A stretch of DNA of 64,000 nucleotides, from assembly GCA_002269645.1 (NCBI GenBank), contig NIVC01001082.1:76921-140920 (forward strand), written 5' to 3'. Numbering within the stretch: the stretch's first letter is position 1; every line of letters starts with the position of its first letter. Of the stretch, positions 24,901 through 36,181 are shown piece by piece. The notes under the pieces are model-generated. The model did no database searches. It was given only the letters and a program-made list of their open reading frames with translations, and was not told the origin of the DNA. Made by a program: the position numbers and the translations under genes. This DNA is from Macrostomum lignano (taxonomy: Eukaryota).

Positions 24901-27504
24901 TCAGCCGTAGAAAAGAAGCGCGGCTACTCCTCTTTGGACCTGTTCTACTGGCAGCTGGAGCGCGAGGAGAAGGTGGCCGAGCAGCGGCGCGAAGCTAAAC
25001 GAGAGAAGCGTCGCCAGAAACGGCAGAATAAACGGGCGGCGGTTGGCAACGGCGCCACTGATGAAGACGGGGCCGACACTGCTACTGACTCTGTTGTGAC
25101 GGTAGTTACTGTTGCACTTGATGCTTTGACCTTCCAGGCCATATTTGTAGCTGGCGCCCCTCTGTAGCTGGTGCCCCTCTGTAGCTGGCGCCTCCTCTGT
25201 AGCTGGCGCCTCCTCTGTAGCTGGCGCCCTTCTGTAGCTGGCGCCTCCTCTGTAGCTGGCGCCTCGCCTCCTCTGTAGCTGGCGCCTCCTCTGTAGCTGG
25301 TGCCCCTCTGTAGCTGGTGCCCCCTCTGTAGCTGGCGCCCCTCTGTAGCTGGCGCCTCCTCTGTAGCTGGCGCCTCCTCTGTAGCTGGCGCCTCCTCTGT
25401 AGCTGGCGCCCCTCTGTAGCTGGTGCCCCTCTGTAGCTGGTGCCCCTCTGTAGCTGGTGCCCCCTCTGTAGCTGGCGCCCCTCTGTAGCTGGCGCCTTCT
25501 CTGTAGCTGGTGCCCCTCTGTAGCTGGCGCCTCCTCTGTAGCTGGCGCCTCCTCTGTAGCTGGCGCCCCTCTGTAGCTGGCGCCCCCTCTGTAGCTGGCG
25601 CCTCCTCTGTAGCTGGCGCCCTTCTGTAGCTGGCGCCTCCTCTGTAGCTGGCGCCTCTTCTGTAGCTGGTGCCCCTCTGTAGCTGGCGCATCTTTGTAGC
25701 TAGCGCCCCCTCTATCTAGCGGCCCCCTGTAGCTGGCGCCATTCTCTGTAGCTAGCGGCCCCCTGTAGCTGGCGCCATTCTCTGTAGTTAGTGTCCCCTC
25801 TGTAGCTGGCGCCCCTCTGTAGCTGGCGCCTCTCTGTAGCTAGCGCCCCCTCTAGCTAGCGGCCTCCTGTAGCTGGCGCCATTCTCTGTAGCTAGCGGCC
25901 CCCTATAGCTGGCGCCATTCTCTGTAGTTAGCGTCCTAGCCGTAGTTGGTTCCCGTTTTTTAAAGTGCATCTCTTCTTTCCTTTAGTTCGTAGTTCCTTT
26001 AAACGAATAAGTCAGCATTTCGACTGTCGTGAAAAGCGTACACTATAAGACTTATCATTATATACCTTACCGTAGATTTTTTAGCTGTTGGGTAAACGGC
26101 TGGAGTAACTATAGTAGTATTTTAGCATAAAATTTCTCGTCATCTAATTACAGATTGCTCCAGTGACGCAACACTTGACTGGGGATAGCGAGACAACATC
26201 AGCTACTAATTGTGACAACAAGGTTGATGAACAGTCAGCACCCACTAGTCAGCAGCAGCAGCAGCCACCACCGAGGCCTTCCGATCATTCGCCTCGATCC
26301 TCTGGCGGCAGCAACGGCGGCGGCAACGGCGGCGCGGCTTCCTCGGCCTCTTCGTCGTCCTGTTCGACAAGCCACAATAGCAGCGGTTTCAGTGAGACTG
26401 AGGAGTGCTCAGCGACTGGCGGACGCAGCGTTGGCGGTTCAGTTCGTCGTCAGCGTACGACAGGCAATCAGACACAAAGACAGCAGCAGAAGCCGTCGTC
26501 TATGGAAAGCGTAGCGAACGGTGCGCAAACAACTCAGTGCGATCGGCAGCGTCCGCTATCGTCTGTAAGTCTGGGGCGTGTGTTATTGCGTCATTTTTTA
26601 AATTGTAATTTAGTAATCTAGCTTATTGGTCGGGTCAGGACTAATAATGTACTTTTGAAGGTCACGTCTGATGACGTCATTCTAAGAGTCGCAATTGACG
26701 ATGCCATTCTCAAGGTCACGATTGATGATGTCATTCTTTAGCTCAAGACTGATGATTAGCTAAAGACCTAGGTCACAACTGATGATGTCATTCTCAAGGT
26801 ACGATTGATGACATCATTATTAAGGTCTCAACTGATGACGTCATAATCCATTTTAAGACTACTGACGTCATAATTAGGTCACAAATGGCGTCATTCTAAA
26901 GGTCATGATTTATGACGTTTTTCTTTAGCTCAAGACATTATTAGATTACTACTGATTATGTCATTCTCAAGGTCACAAATGATGACGTCATTCTCAAAGA
27001 CTCTGGACACATGATTTCTAAAATCAGTGTGATTTGTTTTATCTGTTGACATTTCAGTCCCGGCAAGACCATCAGCAGCAGCCGAGGCCTAATCGAAAAT
27101 CTGCAAAGCAGACGCAGCCACAGCAACAGCGAAAGCAACCACAGCAGAAGCAGCAGCAACAACAGCAGCAGCAGCAACACTGCAGCAATGGATGCTCTAC
27201 TACTGTTAGTAAGCGCAACAGCAACAACAACAGCAGCAGTCATCCAGGTTGCTATCGCGGCGCAGACGACAGCGGATGTGATGAGCCTTGCACTTCTCAG
27301 CTCCTGCACCACCTGGGCTCCACTGTAGGTAGCGGAGGCGGTGGCAGTGGCGGAGGCGGCGGCGGAATTCCGGAAGACGTGGTCGAAGACTTTCTGAAGC
27401 ACCGGTTGGAAATTGGGAAGCAACGCGAGGAGCTTCGTCGACGGCTTCGCCAGCAGTGGGCCGAGAAAGTCAACAGCGGGTCGCTGCCGCAGGCGCAGCA
27501 GTAG
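22000..27504 (+). CDS. GGNBP2: Gametogenetin-binding protein 2; exons 22000-22107, 22646-22912, 23461-23954, 24723-25101, 26154-26564, 27058-27504
   Basis: Motifs DIDDDLT, GCVGCRRAVE, KKGRRCAMHGLDAHK, HKFCRECRAKV, RAEPE, RERHAQTMDAAQEEVLTCIGLHLYNRL and C-terminal REELRRRL match the family; splice phases are consistent. Confidence 0.92.
22140..22520. repeat. ~22-bp degenerate minisatellite, GGNBP2 intron 1
   Basis: GGGTATCTTTGGGACCTTCAGT-like units. Confidence 0.8.
22918..23350. repeat. 21-bp minisatellite, GGNBP2 intron 2
   Basis: GGGATCGGGATCTGGGTAGCT units. Confidence 0.93.
23975..24300. repeat. 32-34-bp minisatellite, GGNBP2 intron 3
   Basis: TGTGTCTCATAGTCTGTTCAGATGTGTCTCTTGT units. 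Confidence 0.92.
25147..25935. repeat. 17-18-bp minisatellite, GGNBP2 intron 4
   Basis: CTGTAGCTGGCGCCYCT units. Confidence 0.93.
26090..26153 (+). other. TIR-less 28S rRNA-derived segment forming the branch point and 3' splice site of GGNBP2 intron 4
   Basis: GGGTAAACGGCTGGAGTAACTAT...CTCGTCATCTAATTA followed by CAG|exon. Confidence 0.8.
26645..27000. repeat. Degenerate ~23-bp repeat with TGACGTCA cores, GGNBP2 intron 5
   Basis: GATGACGTCATTCTCAAGGTCAC-like units. Confidence 0.75.
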
Positions 27505-28639
27505 CCGGGGCTGGACTGGATGGATTAATTATTATTATTACTATTATTTACTATTAATTATGCCACTATAAATTGTTTGTCGGAGTCGCGGAATTAATAA
27601 ATTTATTTAATGATTTAATCTATTATATTATGCCTATGGCAAGTAGGTCGTATGTTTATTATTCCGCCATTATATTACGTTACTACATAGAATTTATAAG
27701 CTGGCACAGATCAAAATACGTCTACTGTGAGATACAGGTATTAACTATGAAATTTGATTGCCAATGACCCTAATTAGAATCTACTACACAATTAATACAA
27801 TAATTTCATTACACTACAGCAATTCTGAACTATTTAATAAGCCTGTCCGTGTTTGGGTTGTTGCTTTTTCCCATCCAATCCCCATATTTTGCGCGGTGTT
27901 TGGTACTAATAGTAGCTGTTATGTAGTAGCATTGTCCGGTCCTATATGTCCTCTAATTCGGGTGTAGAGTTGTTGCGGAACCAAATATACTCGCTATTTA
28001 AAATAACTTACGAATAAGTTCAAGCAAAGCAAAATAAATCGATTATATTTAAATTCCCTATTCAATCGTTATTTTAAAATTGAATAAAATTTTCTTAATT
28101 TTTTGTTTCTTATGACAGTTCGTCTTTTCTTCGAATTTATAATTTATTATATTATTAGTTAATTGTTATAAAACTGTTATTTATTTGTTTTTTTATATTT
28201 CAATGTATGAGTTAAATATTGCAACATCTTTTTGCAATATTCGCAAACCACCCATAGATTTTGGAATATCTATGGTGGAAGTCTGTTCCAATTTGCTAGA
28301 AGATAACTAACCAAACAGTTTGGTCATAACTAACCTAACTCAGGTTTCTCTGATTTTCATTGAAAGTAACTTGTCAATCAGAAGCGGTTTCTGCCATAGA
28401 CTGGGAATACCCGATACAGACAATTTAGCCTATAAGAAACAGAAAAACTACCTTAGTGTATGAACTCTACACTCCATTAGATTGTCCCATACTCGTAGAA
28501 GTTCTTTGTGTAGTTTGAATTGAAATTGAATTTGCTCAAAAGTGAGCTGAATGTAAATATGTAAATTGAAAAAAGTTCCTTTCTTATATAGGCTAAACTG
28601 TCTGTATTATGTAATCTATTCCCAGTCGGCAACGGCACG

Positions 28640-28790
28640 GTCAGCAAGGATTTCATTCCATAAGTTCCCGAATCGAGACGACCTGCTGGATGGAAAAATG
28701 GTTAAAGAGCATTTCCCGAGAAGCAACTTTCAAGCCATCAAAGCATAGAATTTGCTCTCTTCACTTCACGGAATCCTTCTTTTTGAATAC
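28640..28790 (+). pseudogene. Frameshifted THAP zinc-finger relic (P-element/THAP9-type transposon debris)
   Basis: SFHKFP.. then, in a shifted frame, KWLKSISREATFKPSKHRICSLHFTES, the THAP FP/W/CxxHF signature. Confidence 0.65.
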
Positions 28791-29702
28791 TTGTGTGTTT
28801 ACGTCCCACGCTTGCGATCTCTAATCTTGGCCTCATCTTGTATAGCTGATATTTCAGTTGTCATTCCAGTTGCTAGATTTAGAATTCCTTGACGATGGCG
28901 CCCTTTTTGCAAGTTCAAAATATCGAAATGGAATCGATTTTAATGAAAACCAGAGAACTGTGCGAATCCATCAACTGAAGCGTTCGCAGCAGCTGATGTC
29001 TGTGGCCCAAACCCCGGGGTTTTCGTTGCCTGAGAGACGGCCGCTAACTACATTGTACGAGTATCTCGCTAGTGTTAAATGACTTGTTACTGTGTAACAA
29101 ACGCAGTTGTCTATGGTTTGAGCACAATGTAAATCAATGACTCCGTCAGCGATGTCCCTATAACCACGAAAGACAGTTGTAGAGCTTTTCGTGGAAATTC
29201 AACCCAATAGGTTGATTGCCATTAATAGACTAATCCGTCGTAACAATAGGCAGCCGGTACATGTATTTATTGACTGACCATTGTCGCTAACTCGATAGCT
29301 GAAACAACCGCGCCCTCTGGCCTGCCGGCTATTGGCATACTTGCGGGATCTGCTCCAGACACAGGAACTGGGATTACCTGCTAATTCCTTGATTCGGCTG
29401 ATACCAGATTCTTGCCATGAGAATTCTGCGACAGCGCGACAGACTGACATTTGCCGCATCTCGGCATTTCGTTTGGAAAGGCTATAGCTATAGGGTCGCA
29501 AATCTAGCGGGCGATCTTTTTGAGCGGGCTCCATTCTAAAATTCGATTTGCTATTTCGATTTGGATTGCTCCTTTCCTTTCTTATGGTTACATGTCTTAC
29601 AGTTCGTTTGAACGAAAAGAGTTGTCTATATGGGTGACGGCCATCCAGTGCAGTATGTAAGAAACGCAGCTGTCTATGAAATATACTATTGAGATAACAC
29701 TC

Positions 29703-29998
29703 AGGCACGCATGAGCGCACGAGTGCCATAGACTATTTTATCACAAGGCATCACAGAATCTGTGCGCGGTGTACACCTACAGTTTGGCGGCCTGCGATCT
29801 TAGGCTGCATTGACATAATGGCCAAGCATTCTTAAATGGATTTACTGCACGGCTTGGGATTTACTGCACAGTCGCGCTATCTATGTCTATAGCTAAAACC
29901 AGAAGAATGCTTTGCCCATAAATCAATGAATCTATCACTAGGTTCCTTCGTGCGTAAATAGTCTATGGCACTCGTGCGCTAACGCGCACTCGTGCCTA
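29703..29998. mobile_element. Small inverted-repeat element (MITE-like)
   Basis: GCGCACGAGTGCCATAGACTATTT near 29718 and its reverse complement near 29957; TSD not resolved. Confidence 0.55.
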
Positions 29999-30342
29999 TT
30001 TACGCACTCGAAACCTAGAGATAAATCTACCATTTATCACCTAGGCGATAGAGTGACTCTATATATCTTTCTTACCCCGAATAATCTGAAATTAACAGAT
30101 AATATTGATATGGTCTCTGCAAAACCATAGCCAGTTTTTAAATAAGACGATCCGCACGGACGCAGAACGTAATTTACAGTAATACGTTATTTACTAGTAC
30201 TGTAAGTAATGCTTTCGCTATAGCTAAGTAGATGTATGAATTGCAGTAAATATACCATTATTAAAGTTAAATAAAATTAACAGACAGAGCTCTAGCCCAA
30301 AGGCCAAATCTGAAGAAGGAACATATTCTTCGGATTCAATAA

Positions 30343-31118
30343 TCTGGTACTGAAGGGAGGAGCGGAGAGACAGATTAAGGGACTGGGGGAGGAGCGGAGA
30401 GGCAGATTCAGGGACTGGGGGAGGAGCGGAGAGGCAGATTCAGGGACTGAGGGAGGAGCGGAGAGGCAGATTCAGGGGCTGATGGAGGAGCGGAGAGACA
30501 GATTCAGGGACTGGGGGAGGAGCGGAGAGGCAGATTCAGGGACTGAGGGAGGAGCGGAGAGACAGATTCAGGGACTGGGGGAGGAGCGGAGAGGCAGATT
30601 CAGGGACTGAGGGAGGAGCGGAGAGGCAGATTCAGGGACTGGGGAGGAGCGGAGAGGCAGATTCAGGGGCTGATGGAGGAGCGGAGAGGCAGATTCAGGG
30701 ACTGATGGAGTAGCTGAGAGGCAGATTCAGGGACTGATGGAGGAGCGGAGAGGCAGATTCAGGGGCTGAGGGAGGAGCGGAGAGGCAGATTCAGGGACTG
30801 ATGGAGGAGCGGAGAGGCAGATTCAGGGACTGAGGGAGGAGCGGAGAGGCAGATTCAGGGACTGATGGAGGAGCAGAGAGGCAGATTCAGGGACTGAGGG
30901 AGGAGCGGAGAGGCAGATTCAGGGACTGGGGAGGAGCGGAGAGGCAGATTCAGGGACTGAGGGGGAGCGGAGGCAGATTCAGGGACTGATGGAGGAGCGG
31001 AGAGGCAGATTCAGGGGCTGATGGAGGAGCGGAGAGGCAGATTCAGGGACTGATGGAGGAGCTGAGAGGCAGATTCAGGGGCTGATGGAGGAGCGGAGAG
31101 GCAGATTCAGGGACTGAG
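30343..31118 (+). repeat. 31-32-bp minisatellite, left array
   Basis: GGAGGAGCGGAGAGGCAGATTCAGGGACTGA units. Confidence 0.95.
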
Positions 31119-31648
31119 GAATGGGTTCAAATAAAAGTGCAAAAATGAAAACCAAATGACACAATTGACGACAATCTTAGCTTGAGGCATTGAGCAGCTA
31201 TCTGATGCGATTGTATCAAGTTAAACAAATGTATTAATGAGTGGCGCGCAGAGCCGGTGGGTGTGCATCGCAGATGTGTCGAATACGTGACATTAATATT
31301 AGTGAAGAGATTGGTTGTACTTATACAGGGCACAAACTGCTGCACATAATTTGAGAAAGCAAAGAAGAGTGATTAGCATTTTAAAAAAGAAGAAACACAC
31401 CGCAAAGTGAGCACACTGCTATAGGGGTAATTTGAATCATCATAGCAAAGCAAATATTTGTGTGTGGTTTTGATCGCGAGGAATACTGCAAGAGCGTGGC
31501 AGCGTGGGAGCCAAATCCCAGACAGCGCAGAAATCCGATAAAAAATAAACAAAATAGTAAAAAGCAGTAACTTCAGCTGACTGGACACCAGCTCTGAAGA
31601 TATTTTCTACACAGTAAACTGGCTTTTCAACATCAGACAGTTCTATCA

Positions 31649-33936
31649 AATCCCACTGATGCACTCAAGTGGGGATTACTCTGAACTGCTAATCCCACTG
31701 ATGCACTCAAGTGGGGATTAATCTGAACTGCTAATCCCACTGATGCACTCAAGTGGGGATTACTCTGAACTGCTAATCCCACTGATGCACTCAAGTGGGG
31801 ATTACTCTGAACTGCTAATCCCACTGATGCACTCAAGTGGGGATTACTCTGAACTGCTAATCCCACTGATGCACTCAAGTGGGGATTACTCTGAACTGCT
31901 AATCCCACTGATGCACTCAAGTGGGGATTACTCTGAACTGCTAATCCCACTGATGCACTCAAGTGGGGATTAATCTGAACTGCTAATCCCACTGATGCAC
32001 TCAAGTGGGGATTACTCTGAACTGCTAATCCCACTGATGCACTCAAGTGGGGATTACTCTGAACTGCTAATCCCACTGATGCACTCAAGTGGGGATTAAT
32101 CTGAATTGCTAACCCCACTGATGCACTCAAGTGGGGATTAATCTGAATTGCTAACCCCACTGATGCACTCAAGTGGGGATTAATCTGAATTGCTAACCCC
32201 ACTGATGCACTCAAGTGGGGATTAATCTGAATTGCTAACCCCACTGATGCACTCAAGTGGGGATTACTCTGAACTGCTAATCCCACTGATGCACTCAAGT
32301 GGGGATTACTCTGAACTGCTAATCCCACTGATGCACTCAAGTGGGGATTACTCTGAACTGCTAATCCCACTGATGCACTCAAGTGGGGATTACTCTGAAT
32401 TGCTAATCCCACTGATGCACTCAAGTGGGGCTTAATCTGAACTGCTAATCCCACTGATGCACTCAAGTGGGGATTACTCTGAACTGCTAATCCCACTGAT
32501 GCACTCAAGTGGGGATTACTCTGAACTGCTAATCCCACTGATGCACTCAAGTGGGGATTAATCTGAATTGCTAACCCCACTGATGCACTCAAGTGGGGAT
32601 TAATCTGAATTGCTAACCCCACTGATGCACTCAAGTGGGGATTAATCTGAATTGCTAACCCCACTGATGCACTCAAGTGGGGATTACTCTGAACTGCTAA
32701 TCCCACTGATGCACTCAAGTGGGGATTACTCTGAACTGCTAATCCCACTGATGCACTCAAGTGGGGATTAATCTGAATTGCTAACCCCACTGATGCACTC
32801 AAGTGGGGATTAATCTGAATTGCTAATCCCACTGATGCACTCAAGTGGGGATTAATCTGAATTGCTAACCCCACTGATGCACTCAAGTGGGGATTACTCT
32901 GAACTGCTAATCCCACTGATGCACTCAAGTGGGGATTAATCTGAATTGCTAACCCCACTGATGCACTCAAGTGGGGATTAATCTGAATTGCTAACCCCAC
33001 TGATGCACTCAAGTGGGGATTAATCTGAATTGCTAACCCCACTGATGCACTCAAGTGGGGATTAATCTGAATTGCTAACCCCACTGATGCACTCAAGTGG
33101 GGATTACTCTGAACTGCTAATCCCACTGATGCACTCAAGTGGGGATTAATCTGAACTGCTAATCCCACTGATGCACTCAAGTGGGGATTAATCTGAATTG
33201 CTAACCCCACTGATGCACTCAAGTGGGGATTAATCTGAATTGCTAACCCCACTGATGCACTCAAGTGGGGATTACTCTGAATTGCTAACCCCACTGATGC
33301 ACTCAAGTGGGGATTACTCTGAACTGCTAATCCCACTGATGCACTCAAGTGGGGATTACTCTGAACTGCTAATCCCACTGATGCACTCAAGTGGGGATTA
33401 CTCTGAACTGCTAATCCCACTGATGCACTCAAGTGGGGATTACTCTGAACTGCTAATCCCACTGATGCACTCAAGTGGGGATTACTCTGAACTGCTAATT
33501 CCACTGATGCACTCAAGTGGGGATTACTCTGAATTGCTAATCCCACTGATGCACTCAAGTGGGGATTACTCTGAACTGCTAATCCCACTGATGCACTCAA
33601 GTGGGGATTACTCTGAACTACTAATCCCACTGATGCACTCAAGTGGGGGCTTACTCTGAACTGCTAATCCCACTGATGCACTCAAGTGGGAATTACTCTG
33701 AACTGCTAATCCCACTGATGCACTCAAGTGGGGATTACTCTGAACTGCTAATCCCACTGATGCACTCAAGTGGGGATTACTCTGAACTGCTAATCCCACT
33801 GATGCACTCAAGTGGGGATTACTCTGAATTGCTAATTCCACTGATGCACTCAAGTGGGGATTACTCTGAATTGCTAATTCCACTGATGCACTCAAGTGGG
33901 GATTAATCTGAATTGCTAATCCCACTGATGTACTCA
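31649..33936. repeat. 42-bp hairpin-containing satellite, ~54 units
   Basis: AATCCCACTGATGCACTCAAGTGGGGATTACTCTGAACTGCT with an ATCTGAATTGCTAACC variant; no spacers. Confidence 0.97.
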
Positions 33937-34534
33937 GGGGGGGGGGGTTAACATAACCTGCTAATCCTAGCACGGAAACTCCATGGCTCAGTAACCAGTT
34001 ATGTTTCCAATGTTTCCAATGTTTCTAATTTTTTTTAAAATCTGAGTGCTTATAGTGTATGTGTGGCTTAGTTATAACACGTAAAGACATTGCGTCACCC
34101 ATGTACAATTATATATGCATAAGCATTTTTAATATTTAAAATAAGTCACAAATAGACAAAAAAGTTGAAATTCTGTCATAAAACACGTTATCCACGAACA
34201 CAAGAGTAACGGGAAACAACACAGCCAGTTTGTTTATACTAGAGTTATTGTTTTTTATCAGTTTAAATAAATTATTATTAGTATTGCTACTAAGCTTAGA
34301 ACAGTATCTTAACTTTGCTTTCACAAATCTATAAAACAAATAAAAAGCAACAGATTTTATGGACTAAGCTTAGAAACTCGACGAAAACAAACAGTAAAAG
34401 AGGAGTTCAAGCAAAACATTTTTATTTGCCTTTAGTTGCTAACGCAACAGAAAACACAAACTTAAAGACAAATGGGTCAAGAAGTTCTGAAATCTTTATT
34501 TTAGACAGCTCAGTTCTCAAATCTGCCTTCTGGA

Positions 34535-34910
34535 TCCTCCCTCAGTCCCTGAATCTGCCTCTCCGCTCCTCCCTCAGTCCCTGAATCTGCCTCTCCGCTC
34601 CTTCCTCAGTCCCTGAATCTGCCTCTCAGCTCCTCCCTCAGTCCCTGAATCTGCCTCTCCGCTCCTCCCTCAGTCCCTGAATCTGCCTCTCCGCTCCTCC
34701 CTCAGTCCCTGAATCTGCCTCTCCGCTCCTCCCTCAGTCCCTGAATCTGCCTCTCCGCTCCTCCCTCAGTCCCTGAATCTGCCTCTCCACTCCTCCCTCA
34801 GTCCCTGAATCTGCCTCTCCGCTCCTCCCTCAGTCCCTGAATCTGCCTCTCCACTCCTCCCTCAGTCCCTGAATCTGCCTCTCCGCTCCTCCCTCAGTCC
34901 CTGAATCTGC
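34535..34910 (-). repeat. 32-bp minisatellite, right array (reverse complement of 30343-31118)
   Basis: TCAGTCCCTGAATCTGCCTCTCCGCTCCTCCC units. Confidence 0.95.
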
Positions 34911-35593
34911 CTGTCTGCCTCTGATCCGGTTTTCTGATTTCAGAACTCCATGATTGGAAATCTGTAACTAGATTAATTTTGATACATATAGGTTTAGTTT
35001 ATTCATTTAATCTTAATAAGACTAAATTTGAAAAGACAATCGGTAAAACACAGTGACTTTGATGAAACAATAAAACAATGAGACGTACATATCGATAATA
35101 TATATTTATTCTCATAAATACTCCTAAGCATTTTAGACTATATTATGTATACAAATAGTACACAAAAGGGTAACATACACAAACGAAAACATGATTTGAA
35201 AAAAATGAGGGTTGGCTTTTATTTCAGTATCTGAATAGAAGTGCTAAACATTTTAGTTTTTGATCAAGAAATTGTCCGGCAAGTTGACAATTCAGCCACA
35301 GATATATCATCACTAAAAGAAAGATGCCAGCAGCAACCTCTATGTCTATGGGCAAAACCAAATCTACTGCTGGCCAAATGGCAATTCCCAACTTGGTTGG
35401 CTCATCTATCAACCTGGCTGACAAAAAATAAACTTCCTCATCGAACTTAACACTGATTGGCGTTCAGTCCCATAGACTATGGAAAATTAGGAAGATGGCG
35501 TTAAATAGAATTTTACCATAGACAAAGTGGGCCTATAAAAATGCATTTAAAGAGAAAAGAAGATAAGAGATGTTAGCAGACTATTAGAGGGGA

Positions 35594-35945
35594 GGGGGGC
35601 GTAGCCCAGTGGTCAAGCGCGGCGCTTTTACGTGCCAGCGGCCCAGGCTCGATTCCAAGTGCAGTCGCATTAATTTTGCGGCTAAATTGGAATCTCAGCT
35701 TGGCTCTGCTCGTGAAATTAACGCCCCTGAGGGCCAAGCCCCTAGGCACAGTGAAGTGTACATGGCGAGCGATAAATAAAGTTAGGGCCGCTGTACACTC
35801 CTGTGTGAGTGTGTGCCTGTGCGTATGACTGCGTACGTATCCGCGCGCTTGTGTGCCTGCTCAGGGGAGTCGGCGGAATGGGCAGCAATGCCTCTCCGCC
35901 GGTTGTGTGACAATAGGTGCACACAGCCATAGACAACACACACAT
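35594..35945 (+). mobile_element. tRNA-derived SINE copy 1
   Basis: A box TAGCCCAGTGG, B box GGCTCGATTCC; body homologous to 62681-63048. Confidence 0.85.
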
Positions 35946-36181
35946 TTCTGACTGAAAGACAAGCAAGCCTATAATTGAACAATTAAACTAGTCAGAAAGT
36001 TGCTCATTGTCTATGGCCCAACCTATCTCTGTCCTCACTTACAGCGGCCCTGACTTTTGGAGCCTGACATCACCCCACCGCCTGGAAACTCAACTAACTA
36101 ACAGATTAACAAAACCAGCAGGCGCACAAATTGAAACAGCGCGAACTCATTGCAATAGACTTGACAAATAGCAAAACTCAC

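Noticed and set aside
26660-26990. Hammerhead ribozyme (CTGATGA motifs)
   Set aside because: No matching GAAA core or stems found; CTGATGA comes from the repeat unit.
29199-29729. 176-aa ORF
   Set aside because: No recognisable motif, no splice support, and it starts inside an inverted repeat.
31633-33642. 669-aa repetitive ORF
   Set aside because: Arises because the unit length (42) is a multiple of 3 and has no stop in that frame; no unique domain.
31649-33936. CRISPR-like palindromic 42-bp repeats
   Set aside because: Units are contiguous with no unique spacers, there are no cas genes, and the context is eukaryotic.
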